Origin: the human T2T-CHM13v2.0 reference genome, Homo sapiens
Direction: 5' to 3' (one strand)
NCBI RefSeq assembly: GCF_009914755.1
Contig: NC_060942.1
Length of the DNA stretch: 64,000 bases
Shown here: positions 13,514 to 26,329 of the stretch, piece by piece
How the letters are laid out: each line of letters begins with the position of its first letter
How positions within the stretch are numbered: the first letter of the stretch is position 1
Program-made: the position numbers and the translations under genes
Notes under the pieces: generated by a model
Seen by the model: only the letters and a program-made list of their open reading frames with translations
Databases searched by the model: none
What the model was told of the DNA's origin: nothing

Positions 13514-15579
13514 ATACAGTAACAAATGAAATTTCCCATCATATACTCTTTATATTTTAAAATTGCAGCTTATTATTTAAATTGATAAAATACATAATCC
13601 TAATTGTGTAGATAATTGGCATATTTCTAAGGTCACTGATAAAAATCACAAGACTTCTCCTTATAACAGTAATCTTGTTAAATCTCTTCATCAAAATACT
13701 TTTGACCTCACATATACGTAGCCTCAAACCATAACTGTACATACATGAAACTGTAAAATTGATCTTTTAATTCCTAAGATTGCTTTAAATGTTTTGAATG
13801 AGTATGAGTGAAAATTTATTAGAATAAGGTAACACTTCGTGTAAGAATTATAAAACACAAGGTCATGTATCTTCAAGGTATAGTATAGAGACAAAAATGA
13901 TATATTCCATTTGCTAATACTTTGTTTTCCTCTGACATTTGAAAAGACACTGAGGATTTACCAGATTTAAAATTAGCCTCAATCTTGTGCAAGTATTTTT
14001 TTAATCTTTTCTTTTCACTTCCAAATTTCATTACTTATTTAATGGCTCCTACACTTTTTGTCAATAAACTAGTTTTCAATTTATAGTTTATTATGCTCTT
14101 CTTCATATTTCCCCCACCCAAGGAAAATGTCAATGGCTTTCCACCATCTATACCATGTAGTACAAACTTCTTGGCAAAGAAATTAAAGTTGTCCACAATG
14201 TATTGTCAATTTACATCTTTAAGATTATTTCTTATATTCCTTTGTACAATTAACTGAAACAATAAACTCTGCTATGCTCTGAATACATCTTGGGCATTCC
14301 CTATTTAATTCATGGATTCATAGGGTAGTTTCAGCTTTCAATAGCTTCCAGTTCTCCTTTAATCTAAATCTAGAATTCATGATTTCCATATGGATGTAGA
14401 TATAGATATATAGATATATGCATTTTCTAGCAAAAAGACAATATTGTTACTGTGTAAACACCTTAGGTCAGGAGGAAGAAAGCAGAACAGTTAGAAATTT
14501 TTCCTAGTTTTTTTTTTTTTTTTCAGCTTAATCTGGTCTATTTGGTGCAGCATAGTGCTCTTCTGTCAGATTCAAAGAGAGCCAGTCAGTCCACATCTTA
14601 CTTATGGCACTGAGAATGTGACCACGAATGCCTGCGTGCTTCCCATTTTCTAGAGAAATGTTGGCTGTAAATTAAAATAAACAAATGAATTAATGAACAA
14701 ATAAACATTTGACAGGAAAAGAGTAGTAGGACAGGGATCAGTTTGACTTAAATTAGCAGCTACCTAAAAATTAGAAACGACTTTGAGGTATGATTTAATT
14801 ACCAATAACTTTCTTCTTTTGGGATATACCATCTGTTTAATCCTGCTAGTTTAAACACCATCTTGCTTCTTTGTGTTAGAAAAGGGTTGTTTTGATTCTA
14901 ATTTCTTAAGATTCTTACTAGGCTGATGTGCTCTGATTGGTAAATACAGTAAACTCACCCTTTAATTTCTCTCTCCTGTCCCATGATTAGCTTCTGCATA
15001 TAGAAAACCAGTCACTCTAGTAGCTATCCTCACTTTTTCTTTCTCTTTTTCTTTATTCCGTTTCTTCCTCCAACTTTCTCCTAGACACAGGTGCGTCTTT
15101 CCTCTTAGAAAAGCATCTAGAAAAGACAATTCAGAATGGCAAGAGACCAGGGCAGAAGATCACACGGTTTTGAATATGTCCAACCGGAAGACAAAACACT
15201 TGGAGAAAACATAGTGTATCCAATAAATGTAAGGGCTGATATGAGAGAGGTAATTATGTTTAGCTCATGTCTTGAAAAAAGTAAAACTAAAACCAACAAA
15301 GTAGGAGGAAGATTTAGGTTTACATTATCAGTTTTTGTAAGAACAAAAGTTACCCAACAATAAATTATGCTGCCTACTGAAGAAGGAGGTTTCATATCAG
15401 GTAAAACAGTGAATTTGAGTATGCCAGAGATGTAAAAGAGATGAATATAAATATATTGGGGATTAATTCTGGTTATTTAGACTCTGCTGTGTTATTCAAT
15501 ACCACTACCTTGATTTAAACAAACAAACAAACAAACAAAATAAATAAATGTGCAGCACAATAATTATCTACAGAAATTT

Positions 15580-16040
15580 CTGAGAGTGGTAGTTACTGAT
15601 TTGTTTGCTCACCCTCTCTTCCATCTACCTCTGAGAGGAAGCGTTGCCCCTGGTCATCAGTGTAGTCAGATGATACAAACTGAACAAATGAAGACATCTC
15701 ATGATTGTGTCAAAAATGATTGGCCCAAGTAGGACCACGTAGATTCCTTCTCTAGACTATACACAGGCCATGTGAAGAAAAAAGTCCCGTTCCCCTGGTC
15801 TGCTAAGTTAGATTATTATGATTTGTAAGTGCCTAGTAGCTATTTTTTTCTCTGTCAAATCCAGAAAAAGCATGTACAGTAGATAAATGTGTGACCACAC
15901 ATAAAAGATGAACCAAAAGATAAAAATAAGTAAAACCACAAAGATGTTGTCAGATCCCTTTGGATTCTTCCATGCCTCTGATCAGCTTCATCCCTGTGCT
16001 TCCCAGTTATACCATCCAATAAACTTTCCCTTAAGGATCT
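15580..16040 (+). mobile_element. Old ERVL-class LTR remnant (LTR16/LTR33/MLT-like)
   Basis: TGATTGGCCCAAG...GATTCCTTCTC and CCCAGTTATACCATCCAATAAACTTTCCCTT resemble old ERVL LTRs; subfamily unclear. Confidence 0.4.
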
Positions 16041-16937
16041 ACTGTAACATAAGGATCAAACCTAATTTTATCAAGCTATACATACCAGGCATATTAAACT
16101 ATCGATAGTTGGCATTTATAACATACTTGGTAGTCTCTTATATCTACAAGGTAACCCTAGAGGACTGGAATAAAGAAAATAAACAACATCTTGCAAATGG
16201 CTTTTCTACCCACCCTGTCTAGCACTGATTAATGGCACTGATAAGGGCGCAAGAAATACTTCATTGTGTGGATCAATCATCTGAATCTGATTAGGACTCT
16301 AAAGCTTTTCATCTTAGATATTTTTACTGATATTCCCTTAATCGGAAAAGAGAGTGACCTCAAGCCCTAGAAGTCAGGAGCTTACTCTGAGCTGCCACCA
16401 CTAATACAATATTTCATGAAATTATCTCTTTCTTTTATCATCAAATTTGCATTAAAATATATGATAGCTCATTTTTTATTTCAATATAAATATAATATTT
16501 AAAAATTTTAATCTATACTCCAGAAATTGTCCAGTAAAAGGTAATGTACTAAGAAGAAATACTGTGTTTATTATAACATGGATTTGCATCACCTCCAGAT
16601 ATACAGTGTTATAGCCCAAAGAGTACGTGTAACTTTATTTGAGAAAAGCTGGTGGTTGCAACCAGTGGGTAGAACAAAAAGTGATCTTACTCTCCAGTAA
16701 GGGTTCTTGGAAGGAAATAAATATTAAGATGTATCTCATATTTCTAGTCATCATATACTTTACTAATCTGGCTAATTTTTTGGTCCTAAATACAAAATAT
16801 AGTCACAAATCTGTCAGAATGTGTCAGAAAAGTTGCCTTATACATGGAATACATGAGAAATATTCAGGTTCACTGATTAAAGAAACTCTGTCAAGCATCT
16901 CTTATAATTTACATGTAATATTTGAAATTAATATGCT

Positions 16938-17262
16938 GGCTAGGTGCAGTGGCTTATGCCTGTAATCCCAGCACTTTGGGAGGCTGATTGAGTTCAGGAG
17001 TTCAAGAACAGCCTGGGCAACATGGCAAAACCCAGTCTATATGAAAAATATTTTAAAAATTAGCCAGGCACAGTGGCACTCACCTGTAGTCCTAGTTCCT
17101 TGAGAGGCTGAGGTGGGAAGATCACCTGAGCCCAGGAGGTTGAGGCTGCAATGAGCTGTGATGGCACCACTGCACTCCAGCCTGGGCAACAGAGTGAAAC
17201 CCTGCCTCAGAATAACAATAACAATAACAATAACAATAACAATAACAATAACAATAATAATA
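16938..17262 (+). mobile_element. AluJ with small left-arm deletion and (AATAAC)7(AAT)n tail
   Basis: GGCTAGGTGCAGTGGCTTATGCCTGTAATCCC...GAGCCCAGGAGGTTGAGGCTGCAATGAGC; TAATATGCTG on both sides. Confidence 0.93.
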
Positions 17263-17358
17263 ATAGTAATAATATGCTGTTGGCTATCTGGAAAACTGTA
17301 GTTGTCAGTCTTAATAATAAGGTTTCTTGAGATACTCATTACAAATAATGAATCAGGT

Positions 17359-17695
17359 GAAAGAAAACAAGAAAAAGGAAAAGGAAGGAAGGAAAGAAGA
17401 AAGAAAAAAGAAAGAAAGAACAAAAGAAAAAGAAAGAAAAGAAGGAAGGAAGGAGAGAAAGGGAAAGCGAAAGAAAGAAAGAGAAAGGAGAGAAAGGGAA
17501 AGAAAAGAAAGACAGAAAGAAAGAAAGAGAAAGAAAGAAAGAAGGAAAAAAGGAAGGCAAAAGAGAAGGAAGGAAAAAGGGAAGGAAGGAAGGATGAGGA
17601 AAGGAAGAAGGAAGGAAAAAAGGAAGGAAGGAAGGAAGGAAAAAAGGAAGGACAGAAGGAAGGAAGGAAGGAGAAAAGGAAGGAAGGGAAAGAAG
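17359..17695. repeat. ~337-bp polypurine (GAAA/GGAA) low-complexity tract
   Basis: Only 7 pyrimidines counted on the + strand; includes (GGAA)5 at 17622-17641. Confidence 0.97.
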
Positions 17696-17899
17696 CAATT
17701 ATCCCCAAAACAAAGATTATAACTCGGCAAGTTTATTTTGTTGTCTGCTTGATCTGCTTTGAGAATTCAAATTGCCCTGGGAATTGGAGAGAATAAGCAT
17801 TAGAAGTGGTTGCTTTTACCAAGTGGTATCTTGGGAGGAGTCAGACTGAAATTTAAAATGTGATATAAATTATTCACCAAGATGTTAACATTTTAAACA

Positions 17900-18085
17900 G
17901 AGTCTTTTCACATCTCTTATTCCATTGGGATCCACAATGATCCTCTGAGATAGGTAAGACAAGTATCATTATCCCCACTCTATAGATGAGGATATTTATC
18001 CCCATGAAAGTTGGGTGAATTGCTCAAGTTAGATAATATTCTAATTATAAAGCTAGAAGTAAATCCTGGAGTCCTCTCTTTCTGA
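17900..18085 (-). mobile_element. MIR SINE remnant
   Basis: CACAATGATCCTCTGAGATAGG...ATTATCCCCACTCTATAGATGAGGA core. Confidence 0.7.
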
Positions 18086-18371
18086 AATGCGTCTGTTCAC
18101 TTCTTTGATGCTGGCTATTCAGAAAAATAGACACTGTACTTATTGATACTCTGTAACTGAGAGCTGATAGTACATTTAGATATCACACAATAACTAAACT
18201 GCTGTTACCAGAGATCTTGACCATAGAATGGTGTTTTCTGTTAAAAACAACAACAACAAAAAAACATAAGGCATAAGTCATATTTAATAATGGATAAGTA
18301 ACTATATTTTGCAACACATTGCTCAAATATAATGGAAGAACAAATTCTCAGTTCAACATCTTAGAAGTGAT

Positions 18372-18652
18372 ATTTTATTTTGTTTTATTTTATTTTATTT
18401 ATTGATCTATTTATTGAGATGAAGTCTCACTCTGTTGTCCCGGCTAGAGTGCAGTCGTGCAGTCTTGGCTCACTGCAACCTCTGCCTCTCGGGCTCAAGC
18501 AATTCTCCTGCCTCAGCCTACTGAGTAGCTGGGATTACAGGCACCATGCCTGGCTAATTTTTCTATTTATAGTAGAGATGGGGTTTCACCATGTTGGCCT
18601 AACTGGTCTCAAACTCCTGACCTCAAGTGATACAACTGCATTAGCCTCCCAA
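18372..18652 (-). mobile_element. AluS (Sz/Sx-like), 5'-truncated
   Basis: (TTTTA)n tail, Alu body to CCTCAAGTGA...GCCTCCCAA; degenerate TSD TAGAAGTGATATTTTA / TAGAAAGGATCTTTTA. Confidence 0.93.
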
Positions 18653-18699
18653 TAGAAAGGATCTTTTATTACCCATTTTTCTTTCTTTCTTCTTTTTTT

Positions 18700-18990
18700 T
18701 AACCATTAAAGCCATTAGTATTACCTTCTAACATGCCTTCAGCATATCCTGAATCTAAAATTTCTACCCACTCCATTTACTTTCATCTCTACTTGGACCA
18801 CTGCAATCACCTCTAAACTCATCTCCCTTCTCTTTTCTTATCTTTCTATGTTCTGTTATCTACACAAAAGATAAAACAATCTTCAACATCTGTGAATTAA
18901 TTTCCTTGACTCTTTTACTGAATAACTTTCAGTGGCTTCTCGGCATATTTAGAATAAAACCCACATTCTTTGCTGTGACAGACTAGTAAT
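18700..18990 (+). mobile_element. L2 remnant
   Basis: TTGGACCACTGCAATCACCTCTAAACT...CAGTGGCTTCTC...TTTAGAATAAAAC is L2-like. Confidence 0.6.
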
Positions 18991-19009
18991 TGGCCTCCAC
19001 TATCAATCA

Positions 19010-19390
19010 CCTTCCTTTCCCGTCTTTCTTTTACCAATATGGATGCTGAAATTTTAGCTAGACAGTGGCTACATTCCCTAGTTTTCTTCATGGACTAATA
19101 TAGATACAAATATATAAAACCAAGGAGTTATACTACCCTTATGTAGTATAAGTCTGTTTTCCTTTTTTCTTCTAATGGGATGAAACCCAAACACAGTGGA
19201 TTAGGATATCACCATGGGCAGGGCCACGTGTTTCAAAGAACCAGATGACCAATGCACCAGGCCCACCCACCAGCCTTTGATTGCTCACCTCAAGGACATA
19301 ATAGGAAGGAAAAATATATGTTTTCTGTGTCTCAACCATTGTATTTTGGAGTTTCCTACTTACAGTGGTATAGCCTGCAATTACTAATGT
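19010..19390 (+). mobile_element. MLT1-type (ERVL-MaLR) LTR remnant
   Basis: 3' end CAACCATTGTATTTTGGAGTTTCC...TTACAGTGGTATAGCCT...ACTAAT is typical of old MLT1. Confidence 0.55.
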
Positions 19391-19802
19391 CCTGATCAAG
19401 ATCTGCAGCTATTTACTATCCTTCTTTTGCCTTCTCTGAAATCAGTTTTTTGCAAGCACTCCAAATCAGAAACATTACCTTTTGTCCTCTATGTATATTG
19501 AATTTTCTGGATTATTTACAGGCTTCCTATAATTTCCTTATATGACATTTCCACTTGGATAATTCAGTTACTAAACATTGATCTAGGTCAGCATGAAGTA
19601 GTCAAGAACAGAACCCTGTATGTGAGTAATATAATTAGGGGTTCTTATCAGCTAATAAGAGTGTGGGCTGTTAACAAAATCTGAGACCAATGCAGTCATA
19701 AACAATGGGTCAAGCATGACACAACATAAAAAGGCAAGAACAGGTGCCTCAACACAGAAGACATCCAGGATACCAAGAAAATGGCATAGAAAGTAAGACC
19801 AG

Positions 19803-20164
19803 TGTTTCAGATTGAAACGTGTTCCCTCAAGATTCGTGTGTTGAATACATAACCTCCAATAAGCTTTTACAAGGGTGATTAAGGCTCAATGAAGTGATAA
19901 GAATGGGGTTCTAATCCAATAGGATTGGCATTCTTATAGAAATATGAAGAGACAAGAAGAAGAATAAGAGGAGAAAGAGAATTCCTTCTCTTTCTTTGCC
20001 TGCTCCCAGAGGTAAAGCAATTTGAGGACAAGTCAAGCTATCCAGAAACCAGGAAGAGAGGCTTCACCAGCAATTAGCCCTATTGGTGTTTGTGCCTTGA
20101 TGTACATGTTCATTATGTCTTTCTGGAGAATACCAGTTAGTACCTAGCCCAAGCCAATTAATAC
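19803..20164 (+). mobile_element. MLT1A/B-like LTR
   Basis: GTGTTCCCTCAAGATTCGTGTGTTGAA...GGGGTTCTAATCCAATAGGATTGGCATTCTTATAGAA...CCAGGAAGAGAGGCTTCACCAG...TAATACA. Confidence 0.8.
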
Positions 20165-20204
20165 AACCAGTACTCAGCATTTCTAGAGATACCCCATTTA
20201 TGTC

Positions 20205-20395
20205 GTACATTGTCATATATCATCTCACTTAACCTTCTGGACAACTCTGTGAATAAATGCTAATGTTAGTATTCTGATTGAGGAAAATTGAGGCCTAGAG
20301 AGCTAGATAATGTATTCAAGATCACTCAGCTAGAAAATGACAGAGTTGGGATAAAAGCTCAGGGCCACATGGCTTAAAGTCCATGTGCCTGGGTA
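20205..20395 (-). mobile_element. MIR SINE remnant
   Basis: TGAGGAAAATTGAGGCCTAGAGAG...CAAGATCACTCAGCTAGAAAATGACAGAGTTGGGAT. Confidence 0.75.
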
Positions 20396-23300
20396 GTATG
20401 CAATTGCATCACCCTCGGACTGGCACACCATTAGGAAAAATGTATATTAGCCTTCAGAGATGAGTGGCACCCTTGAAAAGACTCACACTTTTCCAATTGA
20501 ATTCTAAAATATAATTCCAGGATTTTACTCTCTTCATGCGTTTTATTATAAGTAATGAGCGCACACACATTTACTTAAGGTTGTTAAGATTTCTCCTGTG
20601 CCCTTCTGTGGGTTAGTGCCCATGAGGGTAAACACCCCATATCTACTACCCTTCTCAATCCAAGAATTTGTTTTCTGAAGTAATCAACAATCTTTTCCTT
20701 TAGCTGTTGTCAAAATAGCAAAGTGACCAAAGTCAGGAAAAGTGAGAAATGGAGAATACGAGTCTCACCCTACTCTTAAGCAAACTGCTATTTTATGCCT
20801 ATCTGATGTATTAACAATCACAAATAAAGCCCTACAATTTAATAATTTACAAACCGTTAATAGCATTTTTTATTAAATCAGTGAAGCAAGAGGTTGAGTC
20901 AAATTGTGATATAAAATTTAAGAACAAACAAATTTCAAATGATGGTTAAATGTTTAATCAAGGGGTTCCAGTGATGTTGTAAATGTCAAAACAAGAGACT
21001 TATGCAGCCAAACCTTTAAAACATCAGGGTGTCTTATTATTTTTAATACTTTTCAAAAAAACATGTATTTTTTAATGAACAACTTCTATTACCTAACTTT
21101 ATGGTTCATAAACTGTTATAGTTGTCAGAAGATCTACACATTTCTCTTTCTATTCAACTAATAAAAATAAATGAGAAAACTGAAGATATTTTTATTTTTG
21201 TGTGGTGTTATCATTGAAACTTTTAAAAACTTTTCCTTTCTCTAACTTCTCTGATAAATGCTTGTATTTGATGCAACACATATGAAATGAATGTTCTCAT
21301 GGGATAGCATGTGCATTTGTTATATACTGATTTATTTCAGATCAGATCATTTTGCCTGAAAATAACTTAATCTTCTCTTTAGATTCTTCTGTAGATCTAA
21401 TAAGACAGTTTCTTAACAAATATAATAGCATTTACATTTGTGCTGTCAAATGCTTTCTGAATACTTCTACCTCCTTTCAATGTTTATTCTTACAACAAAC
21501 TACTGAGTTAGATAAAGCAAATATTATTTTCTTCAATTTATATAGAAAAGCAAACAGTTCAATGACTTGTTTAATAATACCTTAGCAAGTGGTCTATGGC
21601 TTTCTCCACCATTACATGCAAGTGTTCAAAAACAGGCTGTTTATTTTTTCATATAACATATTCTTTTTACATTATATATTTTTAAAATTATATAACTACA
21701 AGGAAGGACAAGTCTTTAAGGAAAAATAATGAATTCTCCATATTATCTCTCATAACATCAGAGTTCCAGAAATACCTCAACCATCATAGTAGCTCATTTA
21801 TTGAGTCCTGAATAGATGTTCCGAACAATGTGCTGGGTGACACTTCACTTAAACACATAGTTCCCAAAGTTAGCTTAGGTTGTTGAAGGAGAAGTCTCTA
21901 AAGTTGTCACTGTATAAAATAATTTGTTTGGCTCAATAATTTGTACACAAAGACATCTTCAGTTTATAGTTATATACATTAATACAAATTATCTAAGTTT
22001 ATAAGAGTGTAACTAACACCTTTCATCCGGTAGTACAGGGCTACTATATGTATAACAAAAACAATATCATGAAATCGAAAGGTCATCATTGGCTAGATGT
22101 ATAGAAGAAAAAATATTCAGATGATGAGAGCATTGAGATAGTCCTTGTTTATTTGTTTTCTATTTCTCTGCTTACTCCTCTTTCAACATCTGAGCCATCT
22201 CTGCCATTCACCTCAGTTAGTAAATACTTGTGCCTGTCTCAACCAAGCAGTGCTCTCAGAAAATTCAGGAGGAAACCAGCTCATGTAGCTGAGGTAAATG
22301 ATTAGTCGATCAAGCATTGTTGTCATGCACAGAAAGTTACTTGGATAGTGCCATAGGGCATTTGATAAAATAGTTCAAACACAAAATGCAGAATTGGAAA
22401 AATCTTACCTTTACAATGATTCATTTATTTATATAATTGCTACTCATCCATACTTTAGTATGGATTAGCCTTACTATGTTTATCTTAAAGACATATTTTG
22501 TCTTCCTGGACTCTGGGTTAGAATACAAAATATTGCAATACATTTTACTTAATTGTGGCATATTTTATGTTATTATAATTATTATCTTTTTAGTTTGCTT
22601 GAACCAAGTACTCATAGTGCTTACCTGCTTGGAGACATTTCTTATACTTTAATTGAATAACTTCAAAATATTTCAGGACATTGTGCATAAAGAAAGATCC
22701 ATAATACATTGAGATGGTTCAAAAACTTTTCTACTTATCTCAGTTCAGGCACTTGTTCCTGTGAATAGCTGTGTAGAAACAGAAACCCACCTAAGAGGGA
22801 GTATCTTCTGTTGAATTTTGGAACATACTGAATATAGTCCACATGATTTTATCTACAAATTGACGTGAAAAATTTAAGAATTTCTGACATTTTCCAGGCC
22901 ATTCTGGTTCAAACCATAATATGTTCCGAATGTCTTATGTCTCACCAGCCCAGATGACTGTCTTACCTTGACCACTTAGTATGCATACCTCAAAATAAGA
23001 TTGTGATTATGTTTCCTCTCGCTGGGCATTCTCTTTTCATGGACTCACACATGGCTCGAGTGTTTCATTTTCAATATCACACAAACTCTGAACCCTCATC
23101 AAAATTGTGAATTTCCAACAGACTTACTGACATTTGCCTATAATCATCTTTCAAATGAACTGTCATCACAGACTTAATCTCTATTTGGCTTCCCTAATTG
23201 TTCCCACCTTGCCTGCCAAGTCTTTCACTACTTGAAAAGTTTTGCCAAGAATTTAAATTTATTCATCAGTGATTTTTTAAAAATCTGTGTAAAGGTATGT

Positions 23301-26300
23301 TACTCAGTTAAACATGTGGGAGGCTTTATCCAAGCACTTCAGCACGGAAACAAGTTATAAAACCCCAAACATTGGATTCTGAGTCTATTGCCAAACATTC
23401 TACCTTCATCTAATTTGGAGGAAGAATTAAATATATGTAGCAGCTACACAATTACAAAAGCAAGCACAGTGATAATCAATTATCCACATGTTTTACTGAT
23501 CTGTTGCCCAAAGTCCAGATGTTTGGAAATATCTATGACTGGCATGATGTAAACACACTCAAAGACTATTAGTCCAGTCTGCTGAAAGAAATAATGCCAC
23601 TCTCAGATAATCTATTTTGCTAATAATGCTTTTATATAATTTCCTACAGAGCTCAGTCCAAAAAAAAAATAAATAAAACCCAGAGATTCAAAAATACACA
23701 TTAGGATTATAACTGCTGCTGAAAGATCCTACTAGACATACACTTATCCTACTAGATTCCTTTTGATTTATTGGCCTAGAGAATAACAAAAAAACAATGA
23801 GGGAAGTAAAACTTAACAATCAGCATTTGTGTCACTGGAAAATATGATTTTAATATAAAGATTTCTTACATTTGTCTTCAGGCCCAGAATGGCAGTTCCT
23901 GTTCTGAATACTTATAGCTAAAATCTGTTCTTTTCTTAGTTATATTTTCCAGGAAATTTTGAACAGACAGGGCAAGAAAAAGTTTACACGTATCTCCTTG
24001 GCAGCTTCAAACATTATTCCCATTGTGTCCTTCTTGAATGAAAAATTTAAAGTGCAGAATTAGCACTGGAAGATTGACTGGATTCTAAATGTACTTTCTA
24101 ATAGTAAATGTAAAACTAGAGGGAACAGAACACCAATAATGAAGAGAAATACAAGGCTAAGTATTGGAAAGTAATTAGCGAGCTCATCACTGACAACCCT
24201 TTGATGGCCTGAATTGCTTCCAGAAAGATAAGAGTACAGATCATTGTTTAAAAAACAATTAAGTCCCACACACACATTGGTAGAATTATTTTACATTCAT
24301 ATGCAAATAGAGAGGCTCATATTCTTTGAACATACTAAGTATCAACAGAGAAGCATTATATTTGGCATTGGTTTATTTGGGTGTGTTAAAAGCACCCATG
24401 GTAAATATATACACCACAGACCTATGGATTTTATAAGGTCCCTAGGAACTCTGGTTAAACTTTGCAATTTAACTAAGGTCCACTGACAAACAGCATATGT
24501 GTAGATTCGACTAGGTTTCTCAAGAGGTATTTCATTATTTGTATGGACATCAGAAACAAAAGAATAATGCCAAACCTGCTATCAGTTTTTTTTCCCCTTT
24601 ACGTTGATGGCCCTTATTTATATGTCAATAGAATTTATATGTATATGTTTAATTAATAAAAACACAACATTAAAAATAGAAAGTAAAAACACTAATAGTC
24701 TGGGATCTATGCAAATTATTACAATAAAGTTGAAAACTCTTACCTTTTTCCGTGTCTAATAGAAAATTACCTATTCATCTTGGTAATCACTTTTCCTTCA
24801 TAAACTAGTATTAACTCATCATTCTGGTTCCATTCAAGCTCTTTTTTTCAACAAATCAATATATCGAGTCCTCTAAACTCACATCTTTTCCACTTATTTA
24901 TGCTATTCTTGTGTCTACATTATTATCCACTCTCTTCCTAGCCATATTCATAATGTTTTTCAAGGCCCATGCCAAGCTTCATGGCTTACTGCTCTCACAC
25001 TCCCTACATACCACATCACCCATGGATCTAACTCCCAACATCCCCTATTCTACTTCTTGGTCAATGTTTGATATTTTCACTGGTTGTATTTTTATTATTT
25101 AGTGTTTATTATTTCAACTCTTATTTTTATTCACTTTGAGTGAATATATGTGTATTTTCTAGTGGGCACATGTATACACAGCAACTTATATATTCATTTA
25201 GGCTTTAAATGCTTGGTAGTACAATCAGTGTCGAATGTCTCACTTTTTTAGTCCTTATAATTCCTAACTGAGTGGCCTGTCCAAAATTATCTTTTCAATA
25301 AATATTTGGGTATATTTTCATATATTCACAAATTGCTACACTTAAAAATGTATAGCACAGAGCCAGTGACAAATGTATACTTTATTTATAAATATATACT
25401 TTTTATTAATCTTAAGAATATCCACTTTAATGTAAACCAAGCTATTACTTCTGAAAGATTTTTATAATCAAGAGATTAGTGAATAATATCTGAATGTAAG
25501 AGGCAGTCACAAAAACAAGAAAGAAAAGCCAGGGATAGTTTGCATAAATAATCTTAATTTCCGAACACTAAAAAAAAATTTAGAATATGGAAGGAAGCTC
25601 AGTGACCTCCTAAATTAGGAGAAGAAACAACTCTAGAAATAGGAAGCTACCTGCCCACTGCCTTGCAGTTTGCTGGAAGCACTAGTACTGGTTCTAGGAC
25701 CAAAGTCTGCTCAATCAGTTCACTCAATTCAGTTCTGCCCATCAGTACTGTAGACTCCTGACTGTCCACTAGACTCTCAATAACTGCAGCTGTTTCCTTT
25801 GATTTGAACAATGAACCAAGAGTAACTTTGCTTCTTGTACATAAAGCCAGAGGCCTAGGTCCTCATTTTGAAATCTTCATACATACTGCAAAATTGGGAC
25901 TCTTAACAACCCCTCTCCTAGTGTCTCATTGCTGATATCACACATATCTCTACTACCTAATGTGGCTTTTCTTCTTGAGTCCTTTATCTCTATTTTGTTG
26001 TTGGTTAGGTTTTCCTTTAATCCCAATTGCTTAAGTTTATAGATTGTACTTTTCTATATTTCTTTCACAGTGTCTAGGAGAGTGTTTGACGTAACAGTAT
26101 CTAATAAATATTTTGTTTAATCGCTTAATTTTGCATAGCTAATTTTTCTGTCATTACTGCAAATATTCCTACTGCAATGCCCAAACAAGAAAGTTAGTTT
26201 CTTGAATCAGGTGCTTTCGAAGCCCTCTATTACATCCTCTTAACACACTTCTAATTTTGGCTGAAGTCAAGGTGTTCACCTATTTTATGGCAGAGAACTA

Positions 26301-26329
26301 CATGAGATACTGAAAAGCAGCTCCTAGTG

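Noticed and set aside
17037-17796. Five long ORFs (up to 223 aa) rich in K/E/R or F/S/L
   Set aside because: They are translations of the purine tract and the adjacent Alu; low-complexity DNA lacks stop codons
24294-24308. CATTCATATGCAAAT, a SOX-OCT-like composite
   Set aside because: The SOX half is imperfect, and octamers occur about a dozen times in this AT-rich window
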